64,000 bases of DNA from Planctomyces sp. SH-PL62 (GCA_945893045.1 CAMDEA010000004.1:40717-104716), one strand, 5' to 3'. Counted from the first letter of the stretch, positions 25,886-35,736 are shown. A program made the numbers and translations. Notes: generated by a model not told the origin, from the letters alone.

Positions 25886-28800
25886 GTGTGGACAAATCTT
25901 AATTGGACCATGCGACATCAAGAGGAAAGACCACCGATGATGCTCAAGAGTGTTTTCCAAACCGTAGCCACGTTCGCCAGAACGTGGGCTAACCGACGAT
26001 TAGCCCACGTTCTGGCCAGCCCGTTAAAAAACTCGGAAAGATGTAACCCGAAGCGTGAGCGAGGGTCAGAAACTCCGAGAATTCAAGAGTCGAACTCCCT
26101 CGCTGACGCTTCGGGTTACATTTTTCAACAGGCGGTGGCGAACGTGGCGACGACCGGCCTGCTGCTGACACTGCTGACTCTCTGGCCGAGTTCCGCTCCG
26201 GCCGCCGAGCCGGCGTTGCAACTGAAGAAGGGGGATCGCATCTCCTACATCGGCAATACGCTGGCCGATCGCATGCAGCACTCGGCGTGGCTGGAGACTT
26301 ACCTCCATGCGATCAATCCCGAAATGGATCTCACCTTTCGCAACCTCGGCTACTCCGGTGACGAGCTGAAGCTGCGGCAGCGCGAAGACAACTTCGGTAG
26401 CCCGGATCAATGGCTGACGAAGAACAAAGCGAGCGTCGTCTTCTGCTTCTTCGGCTACAACGAGGCTCTGCGTGGTGCGCCGGGTCTGGAAGGGTTCCGC
26501 AAAGATCTCGCGGAGACGATCGACGGGATGCTTGCGCAAAAGTACGACGGCGAAGCGCCGCCGCGGTTGGTGTTCTTCTCGCCAATTGCTCACGAGAACC
26601 TCAAGAATCCGAATCTGCCCGATGGCTCGGCGAACAACGCGAAGCTGGCGATCTACACGAAGGCCATGCAGGAAGTTTGTCAGGCGAAGAAAGTTTTGTT
26701 TGTCGATCTCTTCGCGCCGACGCAGAAGCTTTACGCGGCGGCCGACAAGCCGCTGACGATGAACGGCATTCACCTGCTCGATCACGGCGATCGGGCGGTC
26801 GCCAATGTCATCGTGAAGGAGTTGTTTGGCGTCACGAAGATCGACAAGGCCGAGAAGGAACTCGAATACCTGCGGCAGGCGGTGCTCGACAAGAACTATC
26901 ACTGGTTCAGCCGGTATCGGGTCGTCGATGGCTACAACGTGTTCGGCGGACGCTCGAAGCTGGCGTGGTTCGGGCAATCCAATGCCGACGTGATGATGCG
27001 CGAGATGGAGATCTTCGACGTCAAAACCGCCAACCGCGACGAACGGATTTGGGCGGTGGCTCGCGGCAGTGATCGAGCGGTCTCGGACATCAACTTGCCG
27101 AAAGAAATCGAGGTCAAAACAAACATCCCCGGCAAGCTGGATGGGGGCAAACATCAATATCTCGGCGGCAAAGAGGCGATCGACAAGATGAAGATCGCCG
27201 CAGGGATGCAGGTCAATCTCTTCGCCTCCGAAGAGATGTTTCCGGAGATCGTGAACCCCGTGCAGATGGCGGTCGATACGAACGGCCGTTTGTTCGCGTC
27301 GGTCTGGCCGTCGTACCCGCACTGGAATCCGACTGAGCCTCGGCGCGATCGCATCGTCTGCCTGCCCGACGACAACGGCGATGGCGTGGCCGATCGCTGC
27401 GTGATCTTTGCGGATGAACTCAACAGCGTGACCGGTTTTGAATTCTGGGGCGGCGGCATGTTGGTCGCCGCGTTGCCGGAACTCTGGTTCCTCAAGGACA
27501 CCGATGGCGACGACAAGGCGGACGTGAAGATTCGCATGTTGCAGGGCATGAGCAGTGCCGACTCGCATCACTCGGCCAACGCGGTACTGATGGGCCCGGA
27601 TGGTTGGCTGTATTGGTCGCGCGGCATCTTCAACGTCGCGGCGAACGAAACTCCGACGCAGACATTCCGTTCCGGAGCCAGCGGCGTGCATCGCTTCAAC
27701 CCGCGCACGTTTGAGATGGAATTCCATTTCCCGATTGGACCGAACCCGCATGGCGACGTCATCGATCAGTGGGGCTATCAGTTCGCGAACGACGGCACGG
27801 GCGGGGTCGGCTCGTATGTCAGTATCGGCAAGGGAGTCGGAGCGAAACCGTGGTTCAAGATGCGCGTGCGGCCCGTCGCCGCGACCGGCATCCTCTCCAG
27901 CAGCCACTTCCCGGATCAGAACCAAGGCAACTTCCTGATCTGCAACTGCATCGGATTCCTCGGCGTGTTGCAGCACGAAGTCAAATACAACGGGGCCGAG
28001 ATCACGGCGACGGAGATCGAACCAATCCTCGTCTCGAGCGATCCGAACTTCCGACCGACCGATGTTGAGATCGGCGGTGACGGCGCGCTGTATGTCTCCG
28101 ATTGGAGCAACGCGATCATCGGTCACATGCAGCACAACATGCGCGATCCGAATCGCGATCATGAGCACGGCCGCATCTATCGCGTGACCGCCAAAGACCG
28201 ACCGCTCTTGAAGCCCTTGAAACTCAAGGACAAGCCGATCGCTGAAGTCTGTCAGGCGTTCTTCACGAAAGAGAACAGCAACCGCTATCGCGCTCGCTTG
28301 GAACTCAGCGGTCGCGAGACCAAAGAAGTCACCGCCGCCGTCGGCCAGTGGGCTTCTGCGTTGAACCCCGCGAAGCCCGACGAGGCACAAGCGTTGCTCG
28401 AATGCCTGTGGGTCTTCGAGGAACATCGCGTCCCGAATCTCGAATTGCTTCAGCGCGTCTTCACGGCGGCGGAACCACGAGTCCGCGCGGCGGCCATTCG
28501 CACGCTCGGTCATTGGGGCACACGTCTCACCAATTGGGAGCCGACGCTGCTTGCGGCGGCACGCGATGACTCGGCTCTTGTCCGAGCGGAAGCCGTGAAG
28601 TCGGCGGTTTCGTTCGAGGGACTGACTGCCGCCGAAGCGATCTTCGAGGCGGCCACGCGACCGACCGATCCCGAACTGGATACGGTCCTGAACTACGCGC
28701 GCGGCAAGATCAACGTCGACAAGTTCGTGCAGGAGGCTGTGGCGTCGAAGAAACCGTTGTCGAAGGCGGCTCAGTCGTACGCGCTGCGAAATGCCAGCGT

Positions 28801-31057
28801 TGACGATCTGCTGAAACTGCCGCGCACCGAAGCGGTTTACGAGGCGATCCTGAAACGTCCGAACGCTTCGGCGACCGCACTGCGTGAATCGTTGCGCGGC
28901 CTCGCGGAACTACGGAAAGTGAGTTCGCTGCCGGTCCTCTTCTCGCTCATCGAAGAGCGTGACGCCAACGGCCAAGTCGATGCCGTCGCTGGGCTGAGCC
29001 AACTCCTGGTGGAGCAGCCGGCTGCCGAGCTGAAGAAGGCGCGCGGTCGGATCGAGAACCTCGCGATGAAGTCCAAAGCGGCTCCGATTCGGCAGCTCGG
29101 ATACGTCGCTTGGATCACGACCGACGGATCGGGCGATGCGGCATTCTTCGCCGCGTCGAAGAGCAAAGAGAGCCTGCGCGATCTGCTCGCCGCCGTGCCG
29201 CAAATCAGCGATGAGAAACTGCGCGGCAGCCTCTACAACGAGGTCCGCTCGCTCATGTTCGAACTGCCGCCGAATCTCCAGGCCGAAGCGGGAAGCTTGG
29301 CGCTGCTGCAAGGCGGCATTCAAGTCGATTACTTCCATCCGAATCCGCCGAACGTCGCCGTGGAAACGCTGACGAAGCTCAAGCCGCAAGCCAGCGGCAT
29401 CGTGCCACAGATCGTGATGAACGTGCCGCAGAAGAAAGAATCTGATGCGTTCGCGCTCCGCTTCACCGGCCTGATCCAGATTCCGAAGAGCGGCAAGTAC
29501 ACGTTCTTCATCGCGTCGGACGACGGCTCGCGCGTCTACATCGACGACAAGCTGCTGATTAACAACGACCGGCTGCAAGGCATGACCGAGAAGAACGGAG
29601 CCGTCGAACTCGCCGCCGGCCCGCACCCGATCGTCGTGACGTACTTCGACAACGGCGGCGGCGACGGATTGGAAGTCGCCTGGTCCGGTCCCGATTTTCC
29701 GAAACAGAAAATCGCCGCGAACAACCTCACCGTGAGCGGCGGCGGAGAGACGCTGCACGACGTCGCGATCCGCTCACTGACCGCGATCCCCGGTCACGAC
29801 GCTGAGAAATTCCTCGATCTCGCGTCGCTGGTGAAAGCCGATCGACACCGCTCGGCAGCAATCAGCGCATTACGAGCAATCCCCGAACAACACTGGGCAC
29901 CGAAGGAAGTGCCGGGACTCGTCGATAACCTCGTCGGCTATCTCAGCGGCATCCCGGCCCGCTTCCGCACGGCGGGGCCAGCGCTGGAAGCGGTCGCACT
30001 CGCGAAGTCGCTCTCATCGAAACTGCCGGCCGATCAGGCGAAAGCGATCGCCGATCGCCTGGAGAATCTCGACGTCCGCGTGATTGCGATTGGCACCGTC
30101 GTCGAACGCATGATCTACGACAAAGAAACGATCGTCGTGCAGGCCGGCAAGCCGGTCGAATTCCGTTTCGCGAACACCGACAACATGCCTCACAACTTCG
30201 CGATCGTGCAGCCCGGCTCGTTGGAAGAGATCGGACAACTGGCCGAAGCGACGGGCCGCGACGCGGACGCCAAAGACCGGCAGTTCATCCCCAAGTCCGA
30301 CAAGGTGCTGCTGGGGAGCCGTTTGCTGGGACCAGGCGAGAAGCAAGCTCTGAGTTATGACGTGCCGAAGGTGCCCGGCGTTTATCCGTATGTCTGCACT
30401 TACCCCGGCCACTGGCGGCGCATGTACGGAGCGTTGTACGTCGTCGCGAATCTGGAGGAGTATCAAGGCAACCCCGAAAAATACCTCGCGGCAAATCCGT
30501 TGCCGGTTCGCGACGAACTCATGAAGTCGATCGGTCGCAACACCGAATGGAAGTTCGACGACCTGATTGGTGACGTCAAGAAGTTGCCGCATGGTCGCTC
30601 GTTCGACGTCGGCAAGAATCTTTTCAAAGTGGCCAACTGCGTCGGCTGCCACAAGCTCAACAACGAAGGCCGCGAACTTGGACCGGACCTGACCAAGATC
30701 GAACCCAAGAAGCACACGACCGACGAACTGCTGCGTTCGATCCTGGAACCGTCCAAAGAGATTGCCGAGAAATATCAGTCGAATGCCTTCGTGCTCGATT
30801 CCGGCAAGGTCGTCACGGGCATGATCGTTTCGGAAACGCCGACGGAGATCAAAGTCCTCGTCGATCCGCTCTCGAAAGGGGAACCCGCCGTGTTGCAGAA
30901 GTCGGAGATCGAAGAACGTCGCAAGTCGCCCGTCTCGATCATGCCGCAAGGTCTGTTGAGCAAGCTGACGCGCGAGGAGATTCTCGACTTGATCGCCTAT
31001 GTGTTCGCCCGCGGCGACAAGAAGCACACGCTCTTCGACGAGCATCACCATCATTGA
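25886..31057 (+). CDS. Giant secreted multidomain redox protein: SGNH hydrolase + membrane-bound-dehydrogenase-like beta-propeller + HEAT repeats + PA14 + cupredoxin + cytochrome c (PVC-type heme-binding family)
   Basis: SGNH: GDRISYIGNTLADRM, FCFFGYNEAL. Propeller: DGWLYWSRG, GALYVSDW, GRIYRV. PA14: GKYTFFIASDDGSRVYIDDKLLINND..HPIVVTYFDNGGGDGLEVAWSGP. Blue-copper ligands: MPHNFAIV, YPYVCTYPGHWRRMYG. Heme motif: NCVGCHKLN..SIMPQGL. The start is uncertain. Track start GTG 25886 reads through two REP elements; in-frame GTGs at 26135 and 26144 precede the hydrophobic stretch TTGLLLTLLTLWPSSAPAAEP. Confidence 0.9.
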   Translation: MWTNLNWTMRHQEERPPMMLKSVFQTVATFARTWANRRLAHVLASPLKNSERCNPKRERGSETPRIQESNSLADASGYIFQQAVANVATTGLLLTLLTLWPSSAPAAEPALQLKKGDRISYIGNTLADRMQHSAWLETYLHAINPEMDLTFRNLGYSGDELKLRQREDNFGSPDQWLTKNKASVVFCFFGYNEALRGAPGLEGFRKDLAETIDGMLAQKYDGEAPPRLVFFSPIAHENLKNPNLPDGSANNAKLAIYTKAMQEVCQAKKVLFVDLFAPTQKLYAAADKPLTMNGIHLLDHGDRAVANVIVKELFGVTKIDKAEKELEYLRQAVLDKNYHWFSRYRVVDGYNVFGGRSKLAWFGQSNADVMMREMEIFDVKTANRDERIWAVARGSDRAVSDINLPKEIEVKTNIPGKLDGGKHQYLGGKEAIDKMKIAAGMQVNLFASEEMFPEIVNPVQMAVDTNGRLFASVWPSYPHWNPTEPRRDRIVCLPDDNGDGVADRCVIFADELNSVTGFEFWGGGMLVAALPELWFLKDTDGDDKADVKIRMLQGMSSADSHHSANAVLMGPDGWLYWSRGIFNVAANETPTQTFRSGASGVHRFNPRTFEMEFHFPIGPNPHGDVIDQWGYQFANDGTGGVGSYVSIGKGVGAKPWFKMRVRPVAATGILSSSHFPDQNQGNFLICNCIGFLGVLQHEVKYNGAEITATEIEPILVSSDPNFRPTDVEIGGDGALYVSDWSNAIIGHMQHNMRDPNRDHEHGRIYRVTAKDRPLLKPLKLKDKPIAEVCQAFFTKENSNRYRARLELSGRETKEVTAAVGQWASALNPAKPDEAQALLECLWVFEEHRVPNLELLQRVFTAAEPRVRAAAIRTLGHWGTRLTNWEPTLLAAARDDSALVRAEAVKSAVSFEGLTAAEAIFEAATRPTDPELDTVLNYARGKINVDKFVQEAVASKKPLSKAAQSYALRNASVDDLLKLPRTEAVYEAILKRPNASATALRESLRGLAELRKVSSLPVLFSLIEERDANGQVDAVAGLSQLLVEQPAAELKKARGRIENLAMKSKAAPIRQLGYVAWITTDGSGDAAFFAASKSKESLRDLLAAVPQISDEKLRGSLYNEVRSLMFELPPNLQAEAGSLALLQGGIQVDYFHPNPPNVAVETLTKLKPQASGIVPQIVMNVPQKKESDAFALRFTGLIQIPKSGKYTFFIASDDGSRVYIDDKLLINNDRLQGMTEKNGAVELAAGPHPIVVTYFDNGGGDGLEVAWSGPDFPKQKIAANNLTVSGGGETLHDVAIRSLTAIPGHDAEKFLDLASLVKADRHRSAAISALRAIPEQHWAPKEVPGLVDNLVGYLSGIPARFRTAGPALEAVALAKSLSSKLPADQAKAIADRLENLDVRVIAIGTVVERMIYDKETIVVQAGKPVEFRFANTDNMPHNFAIVQPGSLEEIGQLAEATGRDADAKDRQFIPKSDKVLLGSRLLGPGEKQALSYDVPKVPGVYPYVCTYPGHWRRMYGALYVVANLEEYQGNPEKYLAANPLPVRDELMKSIGRNTEWKFDDLIGDVKKLPHGRSFDVGKNLFKVANCVGCHKLNNEGRELGPDLTKIEPKKHTTDELLRSILEPSKEIAEKYQSNAFVLDSGKVVTGMIVSETPTEIKVLVDPLSKGEPAVLQKSEIEERRKSPVSIMPQGLLSKLTREEILDLIAYVFARGDKKHTLFDEHHHH
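25964..26020. repeat. Family C-like REP (GTAG head) with a degenerate partner
   Basis: GTAG-CCACGTTC-gcca-GAACGTGG-g resembles the arms at 41227 and 44749. An alternative 16-bp stem is ccagaacgtgggctaa (25977..25992) / ttagcccacgttctgg (26000..26015). Confidence 0.75.
26042..26120. repeat. Family B inverted repeat (GTAACCCGAAGCGTGAGCGAGGG arms)
   Basis: tgtaacccgaagcgtgagcgaggg (26042..26065) against ccctcgctgacgcttcgggttaca (26097..26120): one mismatch; 31-nt loop. The same arms occur at 43997..44097 and 48917..49006. Confidence 0.9.
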
Positions 31058-31186
31058 TGCCGTGTCGCAGGCCAACAGCGGTTAGGCTTTCTTGGGAGAG
31101 CCGTGTGATCCATGTCACAGAACTTGGCCCCGGTTCATCCCAGAAAACCGGAACTAGCGCCGCGCGGCTAATTTCTGCGACGCGGA

Positions 31187-33430
31187 TTACACGTACCCGC
31201 GGAAGAGCCGGAGTGTCCAGTCCGCAGCCAGCAACACGCACAGCAGCAAGATCAGCGAAAAATTGTGCCAGAGGTCGAACGCTTGGCGGCGGACCACGGT
31301 TGTTGACGATCGCGAGTCGGAACCGATCCAACCATCGGTCAGGCTGGGATCGATCCGGCGTCCGCCAGTGGCACTCGCCCAGCGTTCGAGAACCGCGAAG
31401 TCCACCGGCGATCCATCGGATTCGTTTCCGCGAGGACTGACTTCGATGACGACCGCTGCCTCCGCCACGTTCTGGCCTTCGCTGCGAGCGGTCACTTCGA
31501 TGCGATAGCGTCCCGGTTGCGACGGCTCGAATTGCGCGGACGGCGAGGCACTCATCGGTTCGCGAGCTTGCAGCGCGAGAGGCAACCGTCGGCCATTCGG
31601 GAGGACGACGGTTCCCTCCAATGCCGGCGCGGCCGATTCTTCAACTGCGGAGATTTCCGTCGCGATCCGGATCGAATCGCCGACTCGATACTGCGTCTGT
31701 TCTGGCCGCAGGAACAATTGGCGGCGGGCCGACGTTTGCTCGGTAGGAGCCAAGGCTCGGAAGGCGTGCTGCCAGAACGCGGAATGCAGCGTCACGCCAT
31801 CATCCGTTCGAGGGCCGTGCGATTGCCAGCGCCACAAGGTGTCCGTGCCGATGAATAAGACCCGCCCGCGTCCGACGCTTTGTTCCGCGATCACCACCAG
31901 CGGACCATAGGCGTTTTGTTGGCCGGCCGTTTCCAAGAGCACCGTGGCCAGCGGGCGTTTGCGGAGCACCGGATAGACATGATCCAACGTCGGCAACGTT
32001 GCGGCGACTTCAGAGGTCGTCGCCTTGTTCTCCGTCAACGTGAACCACGAATTGGCTTTTCCTTCCGGGGTGAGCCGCACTTCGATTTGTCCGGAAATGG
32101 GAGTACCCGATTCGCGTGTCAGCTCCACCGGCAACAGGCGCGTCAGTTCGGGAGTATCAACCCATTCCTCCAGATGCGTGCCGGCCATCACCACCAGAGA
32201 TTTGCCTCCTTCCGTGACGGCTCCGTAGATATGACGGGCCAGGCCGCGCGGCCACGTCGCCGGCCGCACGTCGCCCAACACGAGCGTATCGAAGCCGTCG
32301 ATTTCGCTGCGGCTCTGCGGAAATCCTCCCAGCTTGACGCGGCGTTCCGGCTCGCCGAATTGCACGAACGCATTTTCGCCGCGCGACAACAGCGCCGTCA
32401 GGCTGAAGCTCGGATCATCTTCCAGCACACGGCGGAGGTATTTGAATTCCCACCGCCAACTGTCTTCGAGGATCAGCACATCGTGGCGATCATCGACCGC
32501 CTGCACGTTGACCGCATAAGCCTGATCGACCGACGTTTCGCCCTGCATCAACTGAAAGCGGTAGCGTTTGAGTCCCGCCTCTTTCGGTCGATGCGTGACG
32601 ATCGCGAACTGATCCTGCCCGGCAATCAATCCAGTCAATTCGCGCCGCTGGATTTCCTGGCCATCCTCTTCGACAACGAGCGTCAGCCGATCCAGAGCCT
32701 GATGCGGACGAACTGTGACCTGAAACGCCGTCTCCGATCCGATGAGCACGCGTTGCGCCGCTTGGACCAGCACAATTTCCGCAGACGTGGTTGCCGGTTG
32801 ATCGGAAGCTTTCGCCGGGGCCAGCACATCGAGCGACAACCCCAATTTGTTGGCAACGGCAACAACATCGGCGGAACTGCGATGTTGTCCGTCACTGACG
32901 ATCAGCGCGCGGCTCGGCGTGGCGGACGATTCACGCGACGCATTGAGTAGTCGCACGTAGTTCCAGGCCGACTTCAAACTCGCCGCGACATCGGTCCCCT
33001 CACCGCGAGGCGCGGCTTGATCGAGAGCCACTAGCGTGGTCGGATAGGCTCGCCGGTCGAACGTGAACCAGTGCAGCGCATGAGTCCGAGCGGCAGCCTG
33101 CATCGCCGGGCTGTTCGCGAGTTGTTGCTGCACGTCCTCGAAGCGTGTGCCGTTGACCGCTGGCGACGACATGCTCGCCGAAGTATCGACCAGCACCAGC
33201 AGACTGGGTGAATCGGCAACCGTCCGCGACACCGACAGCACCGGCTGAAACAAGCCCAGGACTAACAGCACGACCATGCCAATTCGTAGCACGGCCAACT
33301 GCACGATCGAACGTCGCGGAACGTGCTTCTGGATCAACAGCCGACTGCCAATCCATAACGCCCCGAGCAGTGCGAGGCCAATCAGCGCGATCAATGCGGG
33401 ATGCAAGACGGGAAAGAGCTGCCAGATCAT
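31187..33430 (-). CDS. Membrane-anchored vWA-like / glutamine-amidotransferase-like domain protein (Bat-operon type)
   Basis: The track ORF extends to 33583, but ATG 33430 shares its A with the upstream stop (TGATG). N-terminal TM segments MIWQLFPVLHPALIALIGLALLGALWI and VLRIGMVVLLVLGLF. MIDAS-like LLVLVDTSASMSS. GATase1-like DVLILEDSWRWEFKYL..FDTLVLGD..KSLVVMAG. C-terminal TM LILLLCVLLAADWTL. Confidence 0.85.
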   Translation of the reverse strand: MIWQLFPVLHPALIALIGLALLGALWIGSRLLIQKHVPRRSIVQLAVLRIGMVVLLVLGLFQPVLSVSRTVADSPSLLVLVDTSASMSSPAVNGTRFEDVQQQLANSPAMQAAARTHALHWFTFDRRAYPTTLVALDQAAPRGEGTDVAASLKSAWNYVRLLNASRESSATPSRALIVSDGQHRSSADVVAVANKLGLSLDVLAPAKASDQPATTSAEIVLVQAAQRVLIGSETAFQVTVRPHQALDRLTLVVEEDGQEIQRRELTGLIAGQDQFAIVTHRPKEAGLKRYRFQLMQGETSVDQAYAVNVQAVDDRHDVLILEDSWRWEFKYLRRVLEDDPSFSLTALLSRGENAFVQFGEPERRVKLGGFPQSRSEIDGFDTLVLGDVRPATWPRGLARHIYGAVTEGGKSLVVMAGTHLEEWVDTPELTRLLPVELTRESGTPISGQIEVRLTPEGKANSWFTLTENKATTSEVAATLPTLDHVYPVLRKRPLATVLLETAGQQNAYGPLVVIAEQSVGRGRVLFIGTDTLWRWQSHGPRTDDGVTLHSAFWQHAFRALAPTEQTSARRQLFLRPEQTQYRVGDSIRIATEISAVEESAAPALEGTVVLPNGRRLPLALQAREPMSASPSAQFEPSQPGRYRIEVTARSEGQNVAEAAVVIEVSPRGNESDGSPVDFAVLERWASATGGRRIDPSLTDGWIGSDSRSSTTVVRRQAFDLWHNFSLILLLCVLLAADWTLRLFRGYV

Positions 33431-35736
33431 CACGGCGTGGCTCCTTCCCGTTCGCGCAGTGGAGCGACAAAGCCGCGCCGGCGCTGATGCGAGGTGCTCA
33501 GTGCCGGATTCATTCGCGGACACAACCAGTGCGCCAAGAAAAACTCGGCGAGCAAGCAGAGGCATGCCAAGCTGATGAGCCACGGTTCCAGAGCCAGCCG
33601 ACGATCAACAGACGCGACTTTCGTGGCCGACGTATTCGGCTGCTCGATGCTGATTTCGGCGGGAGACCACCAAGCACGAAATTTGTCCGGCTCAATCGGT
33701 TCCAGACGGCTGTCAGCTCGGCCGGGTTGAACGACCAAAATCAACTCCGACTCCGCACCAGCGTGTGGCTGGATGTGGTAGAAGCCGGACTCTGCCGTGT
33801 CAGACAGCGTGAGCCACGCGCGATTCGACACCGAATGCACCGAACCTGACAACGCACGGCCAGCCGGCGAGATGACCCGCGGAGATCCGTTCGTGAGCGG
33901 CACGGCGCTAGCCGCCGGTGTCTGGCCCTGACCGGCGGCTAGCGCCGTGCCGCTCAAATGGGACTTGCCACGAACTTCCATCTCGGTCTCGAAAACTGAT
34001 TCCGGCAGCGCCACGGTGATCGTCTCACCGCAAGTTGCCTGACGTCGAAGTCCAGCCGATTGCAGATGCAGCAGCAGGCGATCCACGAGGGGCACGAAAC
34101 TTTTGCGGCGCGGCAGATCGCACCAGCGGTCATCGGCCGAGCCGTTGATCACGATCACGCGACCGGCTTCCACACTTCGCGCGATCAGGGCCGGAGTTCC
34201 GTCCTCCAACGTCGCCAGCACTTCATCGGTCGCCGTCAGCGAACCGAAACGATGCCACGCTCGCGACTCGGTGCCAGCCAGATCGCCCACCTCCGGATCG
34301 ACCAAGCCGGTCAGCAACGGGTGGCGATCGTTCCATTGTTTCCACGGCGATAACCCGCTTCGCTTCGCATCGGCTTGAACGCTTCCCGATAATTCCGCAG
34401 GCAGCAAGCTGTGCGTAGGATCGAGCGGTCGCACAAACGCTCGATTGTAAAGTTCCGTATCGACCGTCGGTCCGAGGAACATGGCCAAGCCGGCACCGCG
34501 ACGAACTCGTTCCGAGATCGCGGTGAATAACGCTTCGCTCAGACCGGGGACATCGGCCAACAGGATCACATCGGCCGACGCGATTTCCGCCGCCGACACG
34601 GTGATCGGAGTCTGGATCACCAGCCGTCCGTCAGCCGCCACCGAGCCGGTTTCCGCCAGCGAACGAATCGCCGTTTCCAATGCCAGACCGGGACGCACTG
34701 CGGCATCAACTCCAGCGCTGGGAGTGATCAGCAGCAGCCGCGGATCGCCGGCGCTGTCGAGATCGCAGAAATACACATCGTCATCGGGCAACTCATCCGA
34801 CGGTTCCAGTTTCAGCGTGACCAGACTTCCCTTCCGATCAAACGTCGTGGGCAATGGTAAGTCGAGCACCGTTCGTCGTCCCGGTTGCAAGGTCAGCGGA
34901 AACTCTTGTGGTTCGACGCCGGACAAACCGGAAACTCGCAGCGTTCGCTGCATGACGCCGTCACTGGTACAAGAGGCTTCCACATGCAGCACGGTTTCTG
35001 AATTTCGAGTTCGCAATCGTGTGGAGGTGAGCCAGGCATTCCGCGGCGCGGGCAAGCCGACATCGATCAATCGCAACGAGACCTTGGCTTGCTCGGCGAT
35101 CTCTCCAGCGAACATCGAAATCTCACTCGTGTTCCAGCCATTCGCAGGGTTGTCGGTCAGGAAGACGACTTCGACCTGGACTCCCGGACGCCGCTGTGCC
35201 AACAACGAACGAATCGGTTCAAACGCGGAGTCGAGCTGCGTCTCCGCCAGTCCCGATTGCAGACCAGATAACGCTGGCAGATACAGAGTGGCCTCGTTGG
35301 TCCACGGAGCCAGCACTTCGGTCGTGCTCCCCGTGAGCAGCACGGCCGTCCGATCTCCCGGCAGCGTTTTGCGGATCAGTTGCGAAGCGAGATCGCGCGC
35401 AGTCTCCCACGGAGTCGGACGTCCTTCGGCACGTCGCCCCATGCTGCGGCTGATGTCGAGCACCACGATGCGATCGAGACCGGTGGCCATTCCAGTCGGA
35501 GACCAGATCGGCCGCGAGAGAGCCAGCACCAGCAGCGTCAGAAATCCGGCTCGCAACAAGAACAGCAACACCTGATGCCACTGAATCCGCCGCGCCATCC
35601 GCTGCTGAGTCAGATGCAACCAACGCAAACTGCTGAACGGCGTCTGCCGCACATGCCGAGGCTTGAAGAGATGCACGACAATGGGAATGGCCAGCAAGAC
35701 CAGACCAAACAGCGCGCCGGAGTTTAAGAAGGTCAT
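33430..35736 (-). CDS. BatA-N (aerotolerance-regulator N-terminal, double-TM) / vWA domain protein
   Basis: MTFLNSGALFGLVLLAIPIVVHLFKPRHVRQTPFSSLRWL (BatA_N signature), second TM VLLFLLRAGFLTLLVLAL, vWA IVVLDISRSMG, C-terminal TM LISLACLCLLAEFFLAHWL. Confidence 0.88.
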   Translation of the reverse strand: MTFLNSGALFGLVLLAIPIVVHLFKPRHVRQTPFSSLRWLHLTQQRMARRIQWHQVLLFLLRAGFLTLLVLALSRPIWSPTGMATGLDRIVVLDISRSMGRRAEGRPTPWETARDLASQLIRKTLPGDRTAVLLTGSTTEVLAPWTNEATLYLPALSGLQSGLAETQLDSAFEPIRSLLAQRRPGVQVEVVFLTDNPANGWNTSEISMFAGEIAEQAKVSLRLIDVGLPAPRNAWLTSTRLRTRNSETVLHVEASCTSDGVMQRTLRVSGLSGVEPQEFPLTLQPGRRTVLDLPLPTTFDRKGSLVTLKLEPSDELPDDDVYFCDLDSAGDPRLLLITPSAGVDAAVRPGLALETAIRSLAETGSVAADGRLVIQTPITVSAAEIASADVILLADVPGLSEALFTAISERVRRGAGLAMFLGPTVDTELYNRAFVRPLDPTHSLLPAELSGSVQADAKRSGLSPWKQWNDRHPLLTGLVDPEVGDLAGTESRAWHRFGSLTATDEVLATLEDGTPALIARSVEAGRVIVINGSADDRWCDLPRRKSFVPLVDRLLLHLQSAGLRRQATCGETITVALPESVFETEMEVRGKSHLSGTALAAGQGQTPAASAVPLTNGSPRVISPAGRALSGSVHSVSNRAWLTLSDTAESGFYHIQPHAGAESELILVVQPGRADSRLEPIEPDKFRAWWSPAEISIEQPNTSATKVASVDRRLALEPWLISLACLCLLAEFFLAHWLCPRMNPALSTSHQRRRGFVAPLREREGATP
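33895..33955. repeat. Family E perfect 25-bp inverted repeat inside the BatA-like CDS
   Basis: gagcggcacggcgctagccgccggt (33895..33919) / accggcggctagcgccgtgccgctc (33931..33955); 11-nt loop. It encodes SGTALAAGQGQTPAASAVPL on the minus strand. A second, less perfect copy lies at 36814..36872. Confidence 0.9.

Noticed and set aside
17885-31075. Long antisense ORFs: 17885..18973, 19013..19981, 19997..20911, 21048..21665, 22930..23697, 24343..25911, 26066..28513, 28910..29758, 30014..31075
   Set aside because: Each lies fully inside a plus-strand gene with strong domain evidence. Their translations lack motifs and have shadow-ORF composition.
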